In this document: piece after piece, positions 14,001 through 27,300 of the stretch | How the letters are laid out: each line of letters begins with the position of its first letter | How positions within the stretch are numbered: the first letter of the stretch is position 1 | Source: Diadema antillarum | Lineage: Eukaryota | Assembly: GCF_040938485.1 (NCBI RefSeq) | Contig: NW_027271030.1 | Span: 1,240,001 to 1,304,000 of the forward strand | Direction of reading: 5' to 3' | DNA: 64,000 nucleotides | Position numbers and translations under genes: made by a program | The notes under the pieces: model-generated | The model's database searches: none | The model's input: only the letters and a program-made list of their open reading frames with translations | What the model was told of the DNA's origin: nothing

Positions 14001-17000
14001 AATGTGAGTTATAGAGCTCAGTTTGTTTACATAGAATAAAAACAGGGGGGGGGGGGGGTGGCGTTAGGTTAGGTTCATGCCAGATCGTGAAACTCAGTTA
14101 TAAGAAGAATCAACACTTCTTCGGACAATGAGCAGAAGAGTGTAATTTGACTTTAGCAGTAAAAGTATTAACGTCCACACCATTTTTGAAATTCCTTTAA
14201 GAGAATCCGAAATGAACTCTTTTTATTTAAAATAATTTATCAGATACTTTTACCGATACTAATGATATCAATACACAGTTGACAATTAGAGAGGAATCGT
14301 CACAGCTTCGATTTAAAGAGTATTTGCTTCGAATGTTCTGAAAGGTTTTGGGCATCTCTTTCCTGAACTTTGTAGAATAATTATATAAAAAAAGTGTAAT
14401 ATTCCATATATTTGTCTCTCTCAATGACAGTAGCTATGACAAGTAACGTAAACATAAAGTTTTCTTTACAGTTGAAAGCAAGACGCCCAAATTTAAACGC
14501 TGAATTACCTATAGAAGTCTAACGATGTAATTATAAACACTCACACTTATACTGTCTCGCAAAGGAGAAAGTCTTATTGCCCTGTTCGGGGAGGTATGCA
14601 TTCTCAAGCTGCGGAACCAAACAGGGTTAACAAATAACCTGGGGAGATAGCGAAACTAGCGCAATACTCGATCCGCCTGGCTTTACTTCATGAATACTTG
14701 ATGCGATCGATACGGTCCAGTGTTACTGAAATCCCTTCAACAATGGGCAACCCAGCAGGAACAAAAGACTTTCCCTCCGCGTTGGCAGAACAAGGCTGCG
14801 AAGAGGTACCCCACAGTGCACCGGTCGAGTGGTTGGCATGGCCAGCCAAGTGTGGATGTTCCCTCGTACGTAAGCTAAATTCCTGCACCCCCCCCTTACT
14901 CTGCCACTTGTATGAAACATATTCTTTAGGAGTAAAACTTAGTTATTTTGTCGTTTCTTTTCATTAACCTAATGTCACATCCGTCCTGTGCTTCATCAGA
15001 AACCCGGCAAAGGCAGCACCATAGACATCGACCAACAAACGACACCAGAGAACAATGAGGGCGCTTCAGCAGGTGGCAGCGGAGGAGACGGTGATAGTAC
15101 GGCCAAGGAATGGGGGGCGACCGGGGATGAAGATGAAGAACCAGGTATCACTTTGACCCTTTCGATATCTCTTCATCTCCGTCTCTCTATGTTTCCATTC
15201 AATGTGCTTGTATGGATCCATTTTTTTTTTTTTACAAAACAGTTGTTCCTTTGTCTGCAAAATACAAGAGCACATTGACATATGCTCGTATACAAAAGAA
15301 AGGAAACATTACAAAATCCACTCTTTTTTCTATCATCTTACTTTAAATGTGCTTTGATATACTCTTATTGTTCTTTGTCCATTCTTTCTCGTTGCCATGG
15401 TAGTCAAACTTGAAGATGACAGCGATCCTGCAAACCGACGCGACGTCCCTTGCTGCGACTACTCGAGCTGCTGCGGCTGCTGCCGACGAAACTTCATATG
15501 CCCATACCCCCATTACAGGCGGTGGCGGGTGGTCCAGTACTGGGCGGGATGGATCGTTCTAGACCCCCTCATGGACCTCTTCATCACTCTCTGCATCGTC
15601 GGCAACACGGTTTTCCTCGCCATGGATCACAATGGTATCCCTGAGCACGTTGCGAAATGTCTCCGAGAAAGGGAATGAGGTGGGTCAAAACCCCAACCAG
15701 AGTATAAGAACTAGAAGTCAGAATAAAACAGAGAAGAGGTTCACCGCTAGCATACAATATCCCATGATGTTGACTATCGACTAATACTTATACGCGCCTA
15801 ACTAATGATGTGTTATTTCTATATCACAAAGAATAGTTATGGCTCTCCCGATTTGTTTTTGTCTCTCTCTGGCTTAAATTAGTCCAACCTTTTTAATCAA
15901 CAGCAATCAAAGGTCTATGTGATTATGTCTGCATTTCATTACAATAGGATGTTCCGTTTTCCTTCCTTTGTACAGCTACGATTGAAATAGACAAGAATCT
16001 AGTAAAATATGTCTCATTATCATATTACGAGTGAATAACGGACACATTCTTATTTTCTGATTGATTTTCAGGTTTTCACCTACATCTTCACTATCGAATG
16101 CGTACTCAAGTTAATAGCGCTAGACAAAAAATTTTTCCGGAACACGTGGAACATATTCGACTTCGTGGTCGTTGCCGTAAGTTTGTTGGAGCGAGGACTT
16201 CAGGGTGTACAGGGCCTGGGTGCTCTGCGGACGTTTCGAATGGTAGGTAGATTTCAATTCCTGCATATCTTCAGCTATCAATATATTACAATTCAAATAT
16301 GAATTCCATCATATCAATTTGTCATTATGAATTATAGCAATATGATGCTCGAAATCCAATTTAATGTATCCTTAGAACAATGGTAATGATGATAATATTT
16401 ACAATATATCGATTTGACTCGTCCTTCTTCAAATTTACAGCTACGTGTACTCAAGTTGGCCCAGTCGTGGTCAACCATGCGGACACTCCTTTCTATCATT
16501 GGAACCACGCTTAGCGCCATCGCCAACGTGTCCGTCGTCCTCCTCATCATTATGTTCATCTTTGCCGTCATCGGCATGCAACTATTCGGCGCCTCTTACG
16601 TCCCCGAGAACTTTGGCGGTGACGTGCCGCCCTGGAACTTCACCGACTTCGGCCACTCCTTCCTGCTCGTCTTTCGGATCCTGTGTGGAGAGTGGATCGA
16701 ACCTCTCTATGACTGTATGAGCGTGGCAAACACGGCTGGTTGCATCATACTCTTTATCAGCACCCTCGTTGTTGGCAACATTATGGTAAGGACTTATAAA
16801 CTTGAGCCTCGATCGGGTGCTGAAGTGCAAAGTCCGAGTTAGAAAATAATGATATACTCTTCTAAGACGTATATTGCAACCGTCAAATCGGCAAAACGGG
16901 GCTTTTCCAACTTATTTGATATTTGATAAAGAATGAGAAGAGTTTCAAAAGAATACGGCTTGTCAAATGTCAGCCATCTGGTAACCATGTAATGTCAGAA

Positions 17001-19521
17001 GATATCAACAAGCTAATCATACTAAATCAGTAGCATAACGAGTTAATGAGCATAATGAGAATTCTTTGTAGGGAATAATACAATTTAACAAAACAAGATG
17101 ATGAATGAAGATATTGCCTATTTTATCATTTAGCCTTCTCTCATGCGTGAAAAATACACATGTACATACATAATCACATTCTTTAACGTATTTTTCCCTT
17201 CCTGGAAAAGGAGGTCATGTGCTCTTAGTAAGTCTAACAGTTTTAGATAGCAGGCTAACTACTGGATCCCTCACATTTTCCGTATGCCTGAATTCGTGAT
17301 AACTGACATCTGCTACGAATCATCAAATCACGCAACTGACGCAAATCGGGGTCAGGATCGCCAATAATTGGTTGCCTTGATTGTGTGACGTAGGCGATAA
17401 AAGAAACAAAATGAGCTCATCAGTATTTTGTTTTATATCGAATTCATAGATCCTTAACCTGTTCCTCGCCCTGCTGCTGAACTCGTTCGCCTCTGACTCC
17501 CTGAGCAACAAGGAGACCGAGGAATCTAAACTTGTGATCGCCGTCAAGAAGATTGGTCGCTGGATCATGTGCTGCATTCGACCCTGCCTCTGCTGCAAGC
17601 GCTTCCGAAATCAGAACAAAGTTGAGAACAGCAGCGAGAATTTGAAAGAGGTTGAGGCGAAGACGGAGGCCAAGGCAAATGGGACAGCGCCACCTGTAAA
17701 GAACGGAAAGCCGGCCATCAACGAATTCATTGTTGTCGAGGACGTCGGGAAGGACGAAGATAAAATATCAACTATCGACATCGAGAACTCTTCACAAACA
17801 CGTAAGTCTAGCGTCCTTAACAGATTCATCGACAATAGACAGACAGACAAACTAAGCCACAATTAAAGAAACAACCACCCAAAAGTACTTACAAGATGGA
17901 TTTTAACACACGCATATTCATGTTGTTTTTTATAGTGTTCATCACTCTTCGTTATATTCCAAGGCAGTTTTAGTTGATGTATTTTTCACTGATATATGAA
18001 AATAGATTGAAAATGAAATTGAAATTGAAATTTATCACAGATATATTTTGATAAAACACTCTGCGTCATATAGCATGGATGTGAAGATACGACAAAAGCA
18101 ATCATTGCATTGACGAGTATTACTTTATCGAACACCATACAGTGCGTAACAGAAGTCATCTGACGTCCAATGGAACGCACTTACACCCCACCCTAGCGAG
18201 GTCCAACGGCCACCTGCCTCACATGTACACAAATGGATCCAGCAGAAATGGCAGTGCCGTCAGCATACGATCGGTGAGTACATCAACTGCGTGGCGTAAG
18301 ACGTAACTCATCATCAAGACGATGTTCTCACTATGTTTGTTGTCTTTATCATTATTCAAAGACTTAACTATTTGTACCTATGAATTCAACATTATTAGTA
18401 TCGTTTTTATTAACTCTTCAACCCAGCTTCATGATGATTTTACTCATTTTGTAATGAGTGGTATGACCTACATTTAGGAAGATATAAATGCAAATCAATG
18501 ATAGTAAAAATGATATTGCATTGAGATGCGTCTGCCATGTTAATGTGTTTCACGTATCGTACAAAATATTGATATTCACCCCGGTATGAATTAATTGACA
18601 GTCTTTCAAGGAAGAAATGTGGATTCTTAAAGAACATATCTGCAGTTGTTTTAAGAGATAATCCCAGGATGCCACAATTCCACTCTTTTCCGTCATTCAG
18701 TTGCCGCCGCCCCAGCCGATTTCCCAGGCCTTCGTCACCCCAGCCCCCGTACCACCCATCGCCCCACTCCCGGCTCCTATTCTTGCCATTGAGCCGGCAC
18801 AGGACGACGAACCCGTCGAACCAGCCTCCAATGCCCTGGTCATCAGCACCAACGCTGAAACTGGCGAGATGGAGCCGAATCGCTCGATCAACGCTACCCC
18901 GGTGGCTGGCCGGTCCTTCAGCCACGCCTCCTTGGCCAGCATCTCCAGTAGACGCGACACGGCAAAAGTGGTGGAGACCACGGCCACCATCGACGAGCCC
19001 GAGCTCGAAGATCCAGTGAAAGACTGCCTGCCTAAGTCCTGTATCCGATGGTGTCAAATCAAGTGCTCGTGCATACAGTGCTGTCAGGACCCCAACACAA
19101 ACGACGTCGCCCACCGTTGGCGAAGGTTCCGTGAGATCATGTGTACCATCTGCGAGCACAAAGTATTCGAAACCTTCATCATTATCATCATCTTCGGCAG
19201 TAGCATCACGCTGGTAAGTAGCTGATCCATGACGTTGAGCCGTGCGTTGATCCTAGCCTTCGCTTCAGAGAATGCGTTCTATAAACCACGAATGGTAAAT
19301 TTGATGAAAATGCTGAGCTATGATCAGTATTAGACATTGGACTCCTCAATATCTCGCTGATTTCGGGACTATACAATTCATCTCAAATTTTATTGTCAGT
19401 TCATACAATTATAGTGGCAATTGTTTCTCCCCATGCGGCATATTGCTTCATGATGAAATCCTTTAGCAATGCATGTTTTTCGTCTCTATGCCCCCTCTGT
19501 TGTTCAATTGTTTGAATTATT

Positions 19522-19594
<73 letters not shown>

Positions 19595-22500
19595 GTACAT
19601 ATATATTTGGGGGTGGGGTGAGATATTGATGCACTGTTGTTGGTGTACCCCTCAAAATAAGATGTGTTCAAAATACACTGAGATCGTAATGATGATGTTG
19701 GTGACAATATTGACAATGATAATAGCAATAACAGTAATGCTACAAATGGTAGTAGCCATATCCTGACAATAATGATGAAAATAATACCACGCATTAAATA
19801 CCAAAATAATGAAAAGAATTGTAGAGTTATAGTAATCAAAATAATGCTTTATGTAAAAAGAACGATAGTTACGCAAATATCTTAAATGTTTAGACACAGA
19901 TAGCTTAGTTATTCAGTCGCTTTTCTATTTCAGATCTTCGAGGATATTTACCTGGAGCTCCACCCCCAGAGGCAAATGATCCTAAATTACCTCAACTACG
20001 TCTTCTTCGCAATCTTCGTCGTCGAGATGATTATTAAATGGCTCGGTCTCGGCTTCGTGAAGTACTACACGAGTTTCTGGTGCTGGCTAGATTTCGTCAT
20101 CGTAGTCGTAAGTCTATGCTTTTAAATTCAGTGCTGCGTAGTCTCCTTCCTAGACCTCACTTGTCTTGTAATGCTATGGCTAGGACAGCTTGTGCTTGTA
20201 GTGCAACATTGCCTCGAGTTTGCAATGCTTGAGTTGCTGATAAGCATCATAGATAGTGGACATACATTATCGTCTAAGTATCTCTTTAAACCGCCAACGT
20301 GTTTACCATTCAGACTCTATTTTATTTCACCAAGCAATGCAGATATCTTCCAGTCATAATGTGCAACCTGCATCATTCGTCCGCTCTCCTTTCTTTTAAC
20401 ATGATCACCTCGTTGAGATCATCGTAGGCGACTGATTATAAATGACTATTCACTTTGTTCCAGATAAGCCTTCTGAGTATCTTGGGTGACGTCATTGGTT
20501 TGACGAACATCACAGCTTTCAGGGCCCTGCGTACGCTTCGTGCACTGAGACCACTTCGAGCTATTTCACGGTGGCAAGGAATGAAGGTAAGGGTTGTCCG
20601 TGACTGCTACCTTAAAAAAAAAACAAACAAACTAGCCCCGCCACTCCCTGGCTTTGATAATCAGCCTGCCATGTAGCATAAGGTTGGCCAACTAGGAATA
20701 GTTCACGATTAGGCGGCGTCATGATTGAAAGTCAGTTAGGACCCCTCTGAAGGTTAGGGGTAATATATATATTTGGAAACCATATTAATAGATGATGATG
20801 TCTGTGTTGCCATGGCGTCTCGATGCAAGTCTAAGAAACATTGTTCTAAAAGCATGTCAATGTGTAACCGCGTTAATGCCAAATGTTGCCAAAATGTATG
20901 AATGTGAAGTGCACATTATTTTGCAGTTCTACCCTTTTAGCTCGTCCTCTTTTTTTTTTTTAAGTTTTACGATTTTTTTTACACAATGCATTGCAGCATT
21001 GCAGTGCAATCTACAAGCTGCAAACGTACTTGCTACAAGATACAAGCTACATGGAGATTTTATACGCGAGAGAGTTCATACAACACAATGAGCTTACGAG
21101 TCGATTAATCACATTCTGCAACATTTGTGACACTGCCAGCAGTCAATGACTTACCTTTCAACCACCTCTTTCCAGATTGTCGTCAACGCGTTAACCCACG
21201 CCATCCCGTCAATCGCCAACGTTCTACTGGTGTGCCTCATCTTCTGGCTTATCTTCTCAATCACCGGGGTGCAGTTCTTCTCTGGGCGCTTCTACCGATG
21301 CGTTGACGAGGACGGAGAACGTCTACCAATCGATATCGTCAACAACAAGTCCGACTGCCTCAATCTGAACTACTCGTGGGAAAATCCAAACATGAACTTC
21401 GACGACGTCTTCAAGGGTTACGTAACCCTCTTCCAAGTGGTACGTGCGCATCACGGTTTCTTCTTCTTCTGATTAAGTCTGCCTCCTTCAATAGACTGAA
21501 GATTCTTGCAGACTGGTGATATTTACATTATAATACAATTTATTTACAGATATTTACAAGCACATAGAAAATTTGACGAAAATACTAGCCACTGTGATCA
21601 ACCGTTAGACGGTTTCGAAATGATCCCACAGATGGCGCTGAAACAATTTCTGACGACAGGGAATTCCAGTTCCTTACAGTTCTTGGGAAGAACGAATGGC
21701 GATGCGATTCAGTTCTCGAATATGGTACCTGATAGGAGTGTGGTTGCGAGGCTCTCGTTAACTGAGTAGCCTGTTTGATGATATAGTCCTGTGCTGAAAG
21801 AGGAGTGAGATTATTGTGTATTTTGTACATCATAATTAGCCTGTCATTTTCTCTGCGCTGTTCCAGAGTGGTCCAATTAAGTTCTTGTAGCATTTTGGTG
21901 ACACTCGAGATGTTATGGTAGCGATTTAAAGTGAATCACCGTGTGCTAGTACACTGTACTATCAGACCATTTGATGCTGGTGCAGACACATCTGAAATAC
22001 TACTTCGATCACTCGCTCTTCTGAATTTAACATCTTCTATGTGAAATCAACGCAAGAAAACACACACTTGTGCTTGCTTGTGTTCATTGGTTGTGAATAT
22101 ACATTTTCGTATGTTGCATTTTTTTTCTATATTTATGAACAAGAGCATTACGTGATTAAGAGAAGAAATAAGCCTGCAGATAATGAAAGAGACGACACAA
22201 TTCAGACTCGGAGATGGACGTGCGCTATACATTCGGTATCAGAGTTTTGATTTTAGCTTAAGAAGACGAATGCTTTACTGTTTGACTCAATTATTTGGGG
22301 CTTTTGAAAGTTACTGTCCTTTAGCAGTATGTGTATGATGGGATTTTAAATCATTTATTCTTTCTGATTTAAATTCAGGCAACCTTCGAGGGATGGATGG
22401 AAGCTATGAGTTCAGGAGTGGACGCAAGAGGGGTAAGTTTCTTGCTTTATTTTTTGGGATGTTTTTTTTTTTTTTTGGGGGGGGGGGGTGGAGGGGTTGA

Positions 22501-24342
22501 GGGTGGAGGCAGCGGAGGAGGGGATTCGCCTACCTTATAGTCTTACGTCGAAACCAAAGAATCAAAACAATCGAAACGTGCAAGTATAACGCGCTAGACA
22601 TTAAAGTGTGTCATTCATGAAATGACTATTTAAAAAAAATATTCAGCATTACATTTTTGCTGAGGAAATTACCGGTTGACGCCATTGTGTGTGCGTGCGC
22701 GCGCGCGTGTGTGTGCAATAAACATTCCCTTTGACATATTATGCATGTTCACATAGTGCAGAGTGAGCTATTAATCGGTGTGACCAAGCATGCGATCAAA
22801 ACTTCTTGTCTGTGTGAATCCAAAATATTTTATGCAGTTTTGTTTTCTTTTTCAGTACGACCTCCAGCCCCATCAGGACAACAACATGCTGGCCTATGCA
22901 TACTTCTTCATCCTCATCGTTATCGGCTCCTTCTTCCTCCTAAATCTCTTCATTGGCGTCATCATCGACAACTTCAATACGCTTAAACGCAAGGTAAGCG
23001 ATAGTATATTTCTTTTTCTTTTTCTTTAAAGACTTTTGCAGGATTAGTTCAAGTTTACTGCGAAACACTAGTGTCTATGGATCTGTTGACTACTTTCATT
23101 GCCGAAAACGATTCACAACGGATTTCGAAGCTGTTCACGCACCACACACATATTGCAATGGTTTTTCATTTTATGTGTGTTTGAAACAGTCAGCTTTTGC
23201 TACTACCATGACTACAAAACTTCCATATTATAATGCCTCACGTATGGATATGTTATATTCTCGAGCTGTGTTTGTCGATAGCGTATAAAGCGTTAGTCAA
23301 CGTGGACAGCAATAGCATTATTGTTGAATTTTATTACCTGAAGACATCATACGATAATCTTACTCTCGTGGAGTAATGTCGCGCATGTCTTTAATCCCCT
23401 TTAACCACACTGTAATAAGTTTAAAAATATACAATTCAAGAACAATGCACAGTAGAAGTTACCTGTTCCTTGAAATTGCTAGCAAGCGCCTAAACCTCAG
23501 TGTTATTCTGTCGTTTCTAGTACGAAGGTGACAGTTCTATGGACATGTTCTTGACGACGAATCAAAAGCAGTACTACCAAACCATGAGACGACTGGGAAT
23601 TAAGAAGCCTACCAAACAAGTCAAACAACCGACGGTAAGATGATTCATCGATGACATCACGGCTCTGATGGGAGGCGCTTTTAAACATGTTAAAAAATAT
23701 GACGTTAACCAGTGCGCGCGTTATCATTATGCTGACATGTTAAACCCAAAATGCATCACTATCTTAAAGTCTGTTACTGTATACAATATCTTTCACCACA
23801 GTGAGAAGATTAAAACAAGTAACGTGTTATTATGTTCTTGCAAAAAAACAAAACAATCATCCGCTGAAAAAGATATTACCACATGTTAGTATAATTGAGA
23901 TTAAATGGTAAGCGGCTTCAAGTATAGCGATTAGAATCACAACCCTGTTTTATTTGATTGCCTCTCAGAATTAGATTACCAACATAAAGATAAGGAACCA
24001 GTTATAAGAAATCAGAAAAAATAAATCAGAAATCAACAAGCTCTTGAATGATTAAATGCAATCAAAGTTAGTATGAAAGTGTGGATGAATTGATGCTGAC
24101 TTACACTGTTATGTATGATGATTTCAACCTTTGCTGTATTTTCGTTGCCCCTTGATTTTGCCTGCCTTATTTATGTGGACCACTTTAGACCGGGGTAAGT
24201 ATTTGCTGATTTACACATCACAGATCTTATCTGTGGACGCGTGAACTTTTTCTTAATTACTTGAGAGACTTTAGCTATCATATTACATAATTTCTCTACA
24301 TTTTATGCGTGAAATATGTATGTATATATGTAAATATATATG

Positions 24343-24375
<33 letters not shown>

Positions 24376-27300
24376 GTATTTACATATATGCATATTAATG
24401 AATATATAAATATATAAATAGATATACTATTTGTTTGCAGTGTTACTGTGTGTGCAATTTTCCGATAACTGCAGTGAAGAGGTATAAAATTTTTTTTTTT
24501 TACTTGGGTGTGACGCTCCGTGCAATGAGTACAGTACAATGATAATACCAAAACTGAATAATTTTGACATAATTACGGAGTGGAAAATTGAAGTATATGA
24601 CACATCCTCTTTTTGCATAATTTTATCCCCAAGCCATGTATTACCCTACATTTTCTTGTCTTTACCTTTCAACTTTCCAGGCTCAATAATTGCACCCTTA
24701 GTATTTCTTATTTTATTTGAATAAATGCAAGGATCCATGATTTAACGACTGTGGCTACAGGCATGAAGTACCCGGAGAATCGAGAAATAAGTGCACATCT
24801 ATGAGTTTTCAGAATGCACCATAAGTTATACAGCAAGTTATACATGAAAGAAAAAAAAAAAGCTCTCAACAATTATAAGCTTCTGATTTATTCCGCACTG
24901 TGTGACATTAATCTTTGTGACTAACATTTCGTTATTTGGACTGTAAAGTTTATTACTGTCAACGTACATAGACATAGAACACAAACAAGTGCAACTGAGC
25001 AATTTATATACCTTCAAAGATATATTCACACGAAGGAATGCACCTAGACTTGCAGAAATTGATGCCTAAACACGAATAAATACCGTCACTTGGATATTAT
25101 ATTCGCGTGCCGTTGCAAGTGACTGAATATTAGCGCACACTGTACAGTGAAGATGAGGGGTATAATTATACATTAACATATTTCTTTCGTTCAATGTGTG
25201 ATTTGCGATGAAGTTTCCACCTGACGATTATACATCCTATAATTTCACCATCTTCAAAACAATCTGACAAACAACATAACAACTAATTCTCCCATCGACC
25301 AATCTCTCATTCTTTCCATGCAGAACAAAATTCAAAGTTTCTTCCACAAGCTGACGTCGAACAATAAATTCGAAATCCTCATCGTCTCCATAATCATGCT
25401 GAACATGCTGGCGATGATGGTCGAGCACTACCAGATGTCGCAGGAGTTTACTGACGTCCTTGACAACCTTAACATCTTCTTCACTTCCATCTTTACTCTG
25501 GAGGCCATCATCAAACTCATTGCCCTCAGTTGGTACTACTTCAAGATTCCCTGGAACGTCTTTGATTTCATCGTCGTCGTCATGTCACTCCTAGGTCAGT
25601 AGCTCGCAGCTGAGTTCACTTGCTTCTCTGAAAATTACCTCGGTGCCAACCACTGTGCTACCGTCTCCGTAAGCAGCAGAATATTCTGTGATTTGAGCAA
25701 TTTCCATAGCTCAAGTTGCAACTGTAATCCCAATCAAGCAGCAGGAATGGTGATAACAACAGCATGAACAATTTGTGTTTACGTAATGATTCGTGTATAT
25801 CATATTTTACAGTGTTGTGTAAAGCTGCCATCAACATCGAAGTACTAGTATTAAACATACAGGAAATTCTAACCCTGGTGCGAATAAAATTTCAAGCAAT
25901 TGCAGCTAAAGGGCTTACAACACTTTAATATTGAGCGTTTCCTTGATACGTTCATAGTATCACATTGTTCTAATAGTCCGATAATGACGGTAAAATAAAA
26001 CATTTGCTTTAGTGGACGTGGAAGACACGGGTGAAATATAAAATCAACGTCATTACCTCAGTACAAAGTTCAACAGCGTCTTTCCTCATGATTGTCAAGA
26101 TGAATCTAAATGAACGGATGTTGAGGTTTGTGGAAGTTAACAAATGGGGATTGTTTAATATTAGACACGTTATTACCCCGAGCGTTAAGAGCCTTTCAAG
26201 TAGAGGAAAACTAAAAATTGCAAGTTCAATGTCTTTACATTTGACTTCGTACGCAAAACAAATCAAATGCTACAACCTTTTTACAATCTTGTTAATGATT
26301 TCTTCAGCTGACGGCACAGCTTTGATATAAGTCTATTTGCTTTCTTACAGGTATTATCCTCGGAGACCTTTTGAACGACTTTTTCATCAACCCAACGCTG
26401 CTGAGAGTCCTTCGACTCTTCCGAATCGGGAGAGTATTGAGGCTGGTCAAACAGGCCAAGGGGATCCGCAAGCTTCTCTTCGCCCTGGTCATCTCCCTGC
26501 CCGCTCTGCTCAACATCGGAATCCTCCTCCTCCTCGTCATCTTCGTCTTCTCTATCGTCGGCATGTCGCAGTTCGCCTACGTCAAGAAAGACGGTGCCAT
26601 CGACGACGTCGTCAACTTCGAGACGTTCCTGAACAGCATCCTCCTGCTCTTCCGCCTGTCGACATCGGCGGGCTGGAACGACGTCCTGGACCCTCTCATG
26701 GTGGAACCACCAGACTGCAACGCCACCTACGGTGGTTACCCTAACGGCAATTGTGGTAGTTTCCACCTGCCAATCTTCTTTATGCTTGTCTTCCTGGTCA
26801 TTACGTTCCTCGTGGTGATCAACACATACATCGCAGTCATCCTTGAGAACTTCAGCCAGGCTCATGCCCAGGAAGAAGTGGGTATCACTGAGGACGACTT
26901 TGGTATGTTCTACCAAGTATGGGAGAGGTACGACCCTACTGCATCACAGTTTATCTCATACGAACAACTAAGCGATTTTTGCGACGCGCTAGAACCGCCT
27001 CTGCGGCTAGCTAGACCTAACAGAATTAAAATCGCGGCACTGGACATGCCAATCTACGAAGGGTTTAGGCTACATTGTCTTGATGTGTTGTTTAGTTTGA
27101 CCAAACGAGTGCTAGCAGATGTTGAGGAATCTGATGATTTCAATGAACTCCAGAGACAAATGGCGGAAAAATTCGCGGAGTCCTTCCCTGACCGTGAGCA
27201 GGTACAACCAACGACGAGCACGATGAAGATCAATAAAATGAATCAAGCGGCAAAGATTGTCCAACGAGCTTACAGGTTCTTCCGCCTCCGCCGAGAAATC

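Noticed and set aside
14472-14869. Possible extra DI-II linker exons (acceptor at 14471, ORF 14698-14967 with a donor at 14870, 29-nt segment 14565-14593)
   Set aside because: No acceptor/donor pair gives the required phase 0 to 0 without a stop or a poor donor (GTCTAA), and the frame is complete without them.
15635-15642. GTATCCCT as an alternative U12 donor that might bypass the frameshift
   Set aside because: It is phase 1 while the next exon is phase 0, there is no U12 branch site before 16071, and it would delete the S1-S2 loop.
18440-19159. 239-aa minus-strand ORF, and similar antisense ORFs at 26281-26916 and 16582-16830
   Set aside because: Antisense shadows of GC-rich channel exons with no independent domain signal.
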